Part shown: positions 59,228 through 64,000 of the stretch, piece by piece
Layout of the letters: the number at the start of each line of letters is the position of its first letter
Numbering within the stretch: the stretch's first letter is position 1
Origin: Candidatus Multivoradales bacterium
Lineage (GTDB): Bacteria > Acidobacteriota > Thermoanaerobaculia > Multivoradales > J023
DNA length: 64,000 bases
Reading direction: 5' to 3'
Assembly (NCBI GenBank): GCA_965248925.1
Contig: CBDFLE010000006.1
Span: 3,168,001 to 3,232,000, forward strand
Translations under genes and position numbers: made by a program
The notes under the pieces: generated by a model
Told to the model about the DNA's origin: nothing
The model's database searches: none
The model's input: only the letters and a program-made list of their open reading frames with translations

Positions 59228-59776
59228 GTGTTAGCCGCCATCCCAGCACAGTCGCTGCCGACCCCCTCGGCCAACCTGGAGGGTATCTTCCAGCAACACC
59301 ATGGGCGGATCTTCGGTGCTGCGTACCGGATAACCGGTACCGCTCAAGACGCCGAAGATGTGCTGCAGACGGTGTTTCTACGCTTGTTGCGTCGCCAGGA
59401 CGAAGTGGATTTGTCGCCCAGCCCGGCGAGCTATCTGCATCGGGCAGCGGTGAATGCTTCTTTGGACTTGTTGCGTTCCCGCTCTCGGTCGCGCTCCTTG
59501 CCCCTTGATGAGCTGCACGGCGAGCTGTCAGCGAGTGATCATCTAGCGCCAGACCGTCGCCAGCACGATCGTGAGCTGCGGCGCTGCCTGCGCCAAGCGA
59601 TGTTGGAGCTGTCGGAGAAAACCGCCGAGATCTTCACTCTGCGCTACCTGGAAGGCCTACAGAATCGTGACATCGCCGAGCTGATGGGAATCTCCCAGGG
59701 GCGGGTGGCGGTGACTCTGCACCGGGCTCGCGGCCGGGTTAGAAAAGAGATGCGTTCATTCCGAGGAGGACAGTGA
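59228..59776 (+). CDS. ECF RNA polymerase sigma factor
   Basis: AYRITGTAQDAEDVLQTVFLRL, YLHRAAVNASLDLLR and DIAELMGISQGRVAVTLHRAR; GGAGG RBS. Confidence 0.93.
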   Translation: MLAAIPAQSLPTPSANLEGIFQQHHGRIFGAAYRITGTAQDAEDVLQTVFLRLLRRQDEVDLSPSPASYLHRAAVNASLDLLRSRSRSRSLPLDELHGELSASDHLAPDRRQHDRELRRCLRQAMLELSEKTAEIFTLRYLEGLQNRDIAELMGISQGRVAVTLHRARGRVRKEMRSFRGGQ

Positions 59777-59777
59777 G

Positions 59778-62423
59778 ATGAATACCAATAAGCACAATCC
59801 GGTGGACTTGATCGACCAAGCTGCCGAGCAGATCCGTCAGGCCAAGCCGTTGGCCGAGCAAACCGCACAGGCCGCGGATCGCGTGTGGCAGCGTCTGTCC
59901 GGCGATGGCGCCGCCGCCGCTGCTGACGCCGCTGAAGTCGAGCGCCTGGATGGCCATGAAGACTACGAGGCGTTGATCCCGGCTTACTTGGCGGGCTCGC
60001 TGAGCGACGCCCGCAAGATGTTGTTCGATGACTACCTGCGGGAGTCGATGCCGTTGCGGCGCGCGCTCAAGCAGGCTCGCGCCGGCTTGCCGCCCCAGCA
60101 GCAGCCAACCGTGCGCCCATCGGCGGCCGGATTCTCCAGTCGCTGGGCGATGGCTGCCCTGCTGGTGGTGGGGGTCGGCATGGCGGCTGTGCTCGGTTGG
60201 CAGCTGTTGCCGTTTGGCTCTGCCGTTCAGGCGGTCGTAGTAAGCGCCGATGGCGACCTCTTCCGGGTCGGCGATACGTCTCACTTGCCTCTTGAGCGAG
60301 GGGACTCCATTCGTCGCGGCGATGCGGTTCGGGCCGGTCGCGCGGGTGGCGCGGTAGTCAAGTTGAATGATGGCTCCTTGGTCGAACTTCGTGCTCGCAC
60401 CGAGATGTCGATTCGCAGCAATCGCCGAGGCACCACCCTCGACCTTGAGCGAGGCAGCGTCATTGTGCAGGCCGCCAAGCAGCGGGACAAACACCTCTAC
60501 GTTGCCACTGAAGACTGCCTGGTGTCGGTGACCGGAACGATTTTCTCGGTCAATCATGGCACCAAGGGATCGCGGGTCTCGGTGATTGAGGGTGAGGTGC
60601 GGGTCGACTACTCTGGTCAGGAATCGGTGTTGCTGGCGGGTGACCAAGTGGCCACCCACACCAGTTTGCTGGCCCTGCCGGTGAACCAAGAAATTGCCTG
60701 GAGTAAGGACGTCGATCACTATCTGAGCGTGCTCGGTGAGCTGTCCAGCCTGCGCCGCGAACTGCGCCAGGGTTTGGCTCCGAGTAGCCTGCGGTACTCC
60801 AGCCGGTTGCTCGATCTGGTACCGCCCGAGACCGCCTTCTACGCCGCCGTGCCGAATCTCGGCGAGGCCCTGGGCGAGGCGCGCCAGATCATCGACCAGC
60901 GCATCAGTGAGAGCGAGATCCTCTCGCAGTGGTGGCGGCAGACGAGTCAGAGCAATGGCGAGTTCCAGCAGCTGGCCGGCGATATCCTCGACCGCCTGCA
61001 GCGCCTCGGCGACTATTTGGGCGATGAGCTGGTGGTCAGTGGCCAGCTGCTCGGTAGCGACGACTTCAGAGGTCCGTTGGTATTGGCTGAGATCAGCGAC
61101 GCTGAGGGCCTGCGCGGCTTCCTCGAGCAGCAGCTCGACGACTGGAGTGCCGAATGGCAGGAAACCGGCGAGCAGGTTCTGTTTGTCGAAGATCCTTTCG
61201 CCACCGCTGGCGAAGGTCTACGGCTGTGGTTTGAAGGTGATCTCCTGGTGGCAACCCCGAATGCCAGTCTGCTGGCCGAGGTTGCTGGTTTCGTGTTGCA
61301 CGGCCGCAGTAACGGCTTTGTCGACAGCAGCTTCTACAACAGCATTGCCGAACTCTACGACGAAGGCGCCGACTTGCTGCTGGCGGTCGATGTGGAGCGG
61401 GTGATCCACCAGACCACCGACGAGGCCGATGCCAGCGGCCTGGCGATTGCCGAGAACCTTGGCATCGGCCAGCTGAAGCATCTGCTGGTCGAACAAAAGC
61501 GGGACGCGGAGCGGGTCCAGCACCTGGCTTCGCTGACCTTCGACGGCACCCGCCAAGGCCTGGCGGCATGGATCGCCGCGCCTGCGCCGATGGGGGCCTT
61601 GGAGTTCATCTCTCCCGATGCCAAGCTGTTCACCGCGGTGGTTTTCGAAGACCCCTCGGCGCTGGTCGACGATCTGCAGGAGCTACTGCCCGAGAACGGC
61701 TTGAACGAGCTGTTCAGCGAACTCAGTGGCCGCTTCGGCATCGACTTGCGAGAGGACTTCATCGCGACCCTTGGGGGCGAGGTGGCCTTCGCGATCGATG
61801 GGCCTTTGCTGCCCTTGCCGGCTTGGAAAGTGGTGCTCGAGATCTACGACCCGGCCCGCTTCCAATTTGCCATCGAGGCGGCCCTGACGGAAGCCAACAC
61901 GCAGCTCACCGCCGCTGGCGAACCGCCGCTGGTGATGGAGCACAGCCAACTCGGTGGGCGGACGGTGCACACCATTCCCTTCCGTGGCTATGAAGTGAGC
62001 TACGCTTTTGTTGAGGGCTACTTGGTGGTGACCCCAGGAGTGGCGTTGCTCGATCGCGCCATCCGCTACCAGCAATCGGGCTACGTGATTACCGACTCGC
62101 CACGGTTCGCCGCCTTGCTACCGGCTGATGGCCAGGACAATTTCTCGGCGCTGATCTACCACGACATCGTCAGCCTGGTGGAGCCTTTCGCCGAGACCTT
62201 GGCCAGCGGCCAATTGAGCGACGAGCAGCGGGCGCTCATCGATCGCTTGAAGGCTGAGAATCGTCCTTCCCTAGCCTACGTCTACGCCCGCTCGGATCGC
62301 CTCACCTTCGCCGCTGGCAGTGATGGCGATTGGGTCGGCATGGGAATTCTCGCGGTGCTAGGATTCGACAACCCGCTCGGTCTTGGCAAGTTGCTCGAAC
62401 AGGCGACCGGAGGCGCTATCTGA
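59778..62423 (+). CDS. FecR-domain anti-sigma factor with a large extracytoplasmic domain
   Basis: Anti-sigma-like N-terminus, one TM, FecR motifs (LNDGSLVEL, VSVTGTIFSV, VSVIEGEVRV) and a ~550-aa C-terminal region. Confidence 0.85.
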   Translation: MNTNKHNPVDLIDQAAEQIRQAKPLAEQTAQAADRVWQRLSGDGAAAAADAAEVERLDGHEDYEALIPAYLAGSLSDARKMLFDDYLRESMPLRRALKQARAGLPPQQQPTVRPSAAGFSSRWAMAALLVVGVGMAAVLGWQLLPFGSAVQAVVVSADGDLFRVGDTSHLPLERGDSIRRGDAVRAGRAGGAVVKLNDGSLVELRARTEMSIRSNRRGTTLDLERGSVIVQAAKQRDKHLYVATEDCLVSVTGTIFSVNHGTKGSRVSVIEGEVRVDYSGQESVLLAGDQVATHTSLLALPVNQEIAWSKDVDHYLSVLGELSSLRRELRQGLAPSSLRYSSRLLDLVPPETAFYAAVPNLGEALGEARQIIDQRISESEILSQWWRQTSQSNGEFQQLAGDILDRLQRLGDYLGDELVVSGQLLGSDDFRGPLVLAEISDAEGLRGFLEQQLDDWSAEWQETGEQVLFVEDPFATAGEGLRLWFEGDLLVATPNASLLAEVAGFVLHGRSNGFVDSSFYNSIAELYDEGADLLLAVDVERVIHQTTDEADASGLAIAENLGIGQLKHLLVEQKRDAERVQHLASLTFDGTRQGLAAWIAAPAPMGALEFISPDAKLFTAVVFEDPSALVDDLQELLPENGLNELFSELSGRFGIDLREDFIATLGGEVAFAIDGPLLPLPAWKVVLEIYDPARFQFAIEAALTEANTQLTAAGEPPLVMEHSQLGGRTVHTIPFRGYEVSYAFVEGYLVVTPGVALLDRAIRYQQSGYVITDSPRFAALLPADGQDNFSALIYHDIVSLVEPFAETLASGQLSDEQRALIDRLKAENRPSLAYVYARSDRLTFAAGSDGDWVGMGILAVLGFDNPLGLGKLLEQATGGAI

Positions 62424-62463
62424 CTACTGGTCAGAGCTTTCGGACGCAGCTGAGAGTATCCAG

Positions 62464-62497
62464 AAGAGCCGGTGGGAAGGGTCCCGCCGGCTCTTTT
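62464..62497 (+). terminator. Rho-independent terminator
   Basis: AAGAGCCGGTGGGA-AGGG-TCCCGCCGGCTCTT-TT hairpin with T tract, 40 nt after the FecR gene. Confidence 0.8.
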
Positions 62498-62624
62498 GTG
62501 GGTGTCTGGGTGATGTTTTGAAGAGTCTGAAATCCAGCTGAACGAAAGCGAAACTTTCGCCGGCCGGATCGCGTTATCCTGGGTAGGAACGGTTCAACTA
62601 GCCTCGTATTCAAAAGGAAAATCG

Positions 62625-63554
62625 ATGGTTCCAGTGATGCAGCTCGAAGGGCTGTCCGTCCATTTCGGAAAGTTGGCGGCGTTGCAGAATCTCCAAGGGG
62701 ATTTCTCCGCCCGATCGATCGGATTGCTGGGCCCCAATGGCGCCGGCAAGACGACCCTGATTCATACCCTGTTGGGTTTCTATCGACCTAGCTCCGGCAC
62801 AGCGCGAGTGTTTGGTAATGATATTCAAACCCAAGACAGGGCGGCACGGGCGCTGATCGGCTACATGCCAGAGCGGGATAGCTTTATCGCCGGCATGAGC
62901 GCGGTGCGCTTTGTGCGGATGATGGCCGAGCTGTCTGGCCTGCCGCCGCGGCAAGCGCTCGAACGAACCCATGAGGCACTCTATTACGTCGGCTTGGGCG
63001 AGGCTCGCTACCGTCCCCTCGACAGCTACTCCCAAGGTATGAAGCAGTTGGCGAAGTTGGCACAAGCGCTAGTTCACGGGCCCCGCCTCCTGTTCCTCGA
63101 CGAGCCCACTAATGGCCTTGACCCGCCGGCCCGGCAACGCATGATCAAGCTGATTCGCGAGATCCGTGATGCTGGCGAAGTGCATGTGGTGCTGTCTTCC
63201 CATCTGCTCCGCGATGTCGAAGAGTGTTGCGAGGACGTGCTGATCCTCAAGGACGGCAAGATTGCTTATACTTGCAATTTGGAGCAGGAACGCAGCGCCA
63301 ACCGCAAGTTCATAGAACTCGAGTTGATGGGTCCGATCGACCGGTTTGTCGAAGGCGTGCGGCGACTCGGTTGCGAGTGCGCGCGCCATGGCAAGCGGCG
63401 TATCAAGATGGTGCTGCCGCCAGAAATGGAAATTCGTGCTTTGTACGAACTTGCCGCTGAGCACGACGTTCAGATGCGTCATTTGGACTACAAGAGAGAT
63501 TCGTTGCAGGATATCTTCCTGAAGGCGATGGAGGATAATCGTGGCGGTCTATGA
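62625..63554 (+). CDS. ABC transporter ATP-binding protein
   Basis: [28 protein letters not shown] and SSHLL; AAGGA RBS. Confidence 0.95.
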   Translation: MVPVMQLEGLSVHFGKLAALQNLQGDFSARSIGLLGPNGAGKTTLIHTLLGFYRPSSGTARVFGNDIQTQDRAARALIGYMPERDSFIAGMSAVRFVRMMAELSGLPPRQALERTHEALYYVGLGEARYRPLDSYSQGMKQLAKLAQALVHGPRLLFLDEPTNGLDPPARQRMIKLIREIRDAGEVHVVLSSHLLRDVEECCEDVLILKDGKIAYTCNLEQERSANRKFIELELMGPIDRFVEGVRRLGCECARHGKRRIKMVLPPEMEIRALYELAAEHDVQMRHLDYKRDSLQDIFLKAMEDNRGGL

Positions 63555-64000
63555 ACGAACTTACCAGCGTTACGAAGGGCGGATAACACCTGCCTGGTCG
63601 CGCTTCTTGGTGTTGCCTCGCTTTGCTTTTGCAGATTTGATGCAGAAGAAATTCTTCCTGATTTTCCTGGTTTTCTGCTTCTTCTGGCCGTTGATTTCGG
63701 CGGTAACGATCTATGTGTCGCACAACACCAAGTTGCTCGAGAACTTTGGCATACCCATTGCTGGATTGTTGAAAATTGATGCTCGCTTCTTCAAGATTTT
63801 CTTGATTGTCCAGGGGTATCTGGCTTTCTTTATAACGGTCTTGGTGGGGCCAGGGTCGATGTCGCGTGACTTGGCCAACAACGGCATGCCGCTCTACTTG
63901 TCGCGACCCTTCTCGCGGGCGGAGTATATTCTCGGTCGCCTGTCGGTTCTGACTATCCTGATCTCTGCTATTACTTGGCTGCCGGGCTTGCTGTTGTTCG
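63541..64000 (+). CDS. ABC-2 type transporter permease, N-terminal part; runs off the window edge
   Basis: Not in the ORF track. GGAGG RBS, then GTG 63541 [13 protein letters not shown]...[32 protein letters not shown]. Confidence 0.88.
   Translation, partial: MAVYERTYQRYEGRITPAWSRFLVLPRFAFADLMQKKFFLIFLVFCFFWPLISAVTIYVSHNTKLLENFGIPIAGLLKIDARFFKIFLIVQGYLAFFITVLVGPGSMSRDLANNGMPLYLSRPFSRAEYILGRLSVLTILISAITWLPGLLLF

Overview
GC-rich, gene-dense bacterial chromosomal window. The gene repertoire (eukaryote-like Ser/Thr kinase-TPR protein, PQQ-type propellers, FecR/ECF pairs, S9 peptidase) suggests Acidobacteriota, which is an inference. About 50 CDSs are supported; I saw no rRNA, tRNA, CRISPR array or transposase. 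Family assignments come from motif recognition by eye and from memory, not from database searches. Main highlights: (1) a compact YcaO-less RiPP-like cassette at 26.8-31.3 kb with an NHLP-like precursor, an internal hairpin, a SagB-type 'peptide maturation dehydrogenase' and a convergent membrane Ser/Thr kinase-TPR protein whose C-terminal part resembles the 'peptide modification system cyclase', suggesting a kinase-for-cyclase swap and a possible modified-peptide signalling circuit; (2) an orphan 712-aa effector-like protein with a barnase/RNase Sa-like motif, an OTU-like Cys/His motif and a C-terminal membrane anchor; (3) an intact fused E1 alpha/beta 2-oxoacid dehydrogenase that has lost most ThDP-binding and catalytic residues; (4) three decayed genes, including a hybrid kinase broken by an exact 11-bp tandem duplication next to an NtrC-type regulator with a Walker B E->Q change; (5) an XPB-DUF790 (Bax1-like) pair, a secreted CpcT-like protein, and two back-to-back ECF/anti-sigma modules with degenerate domains.
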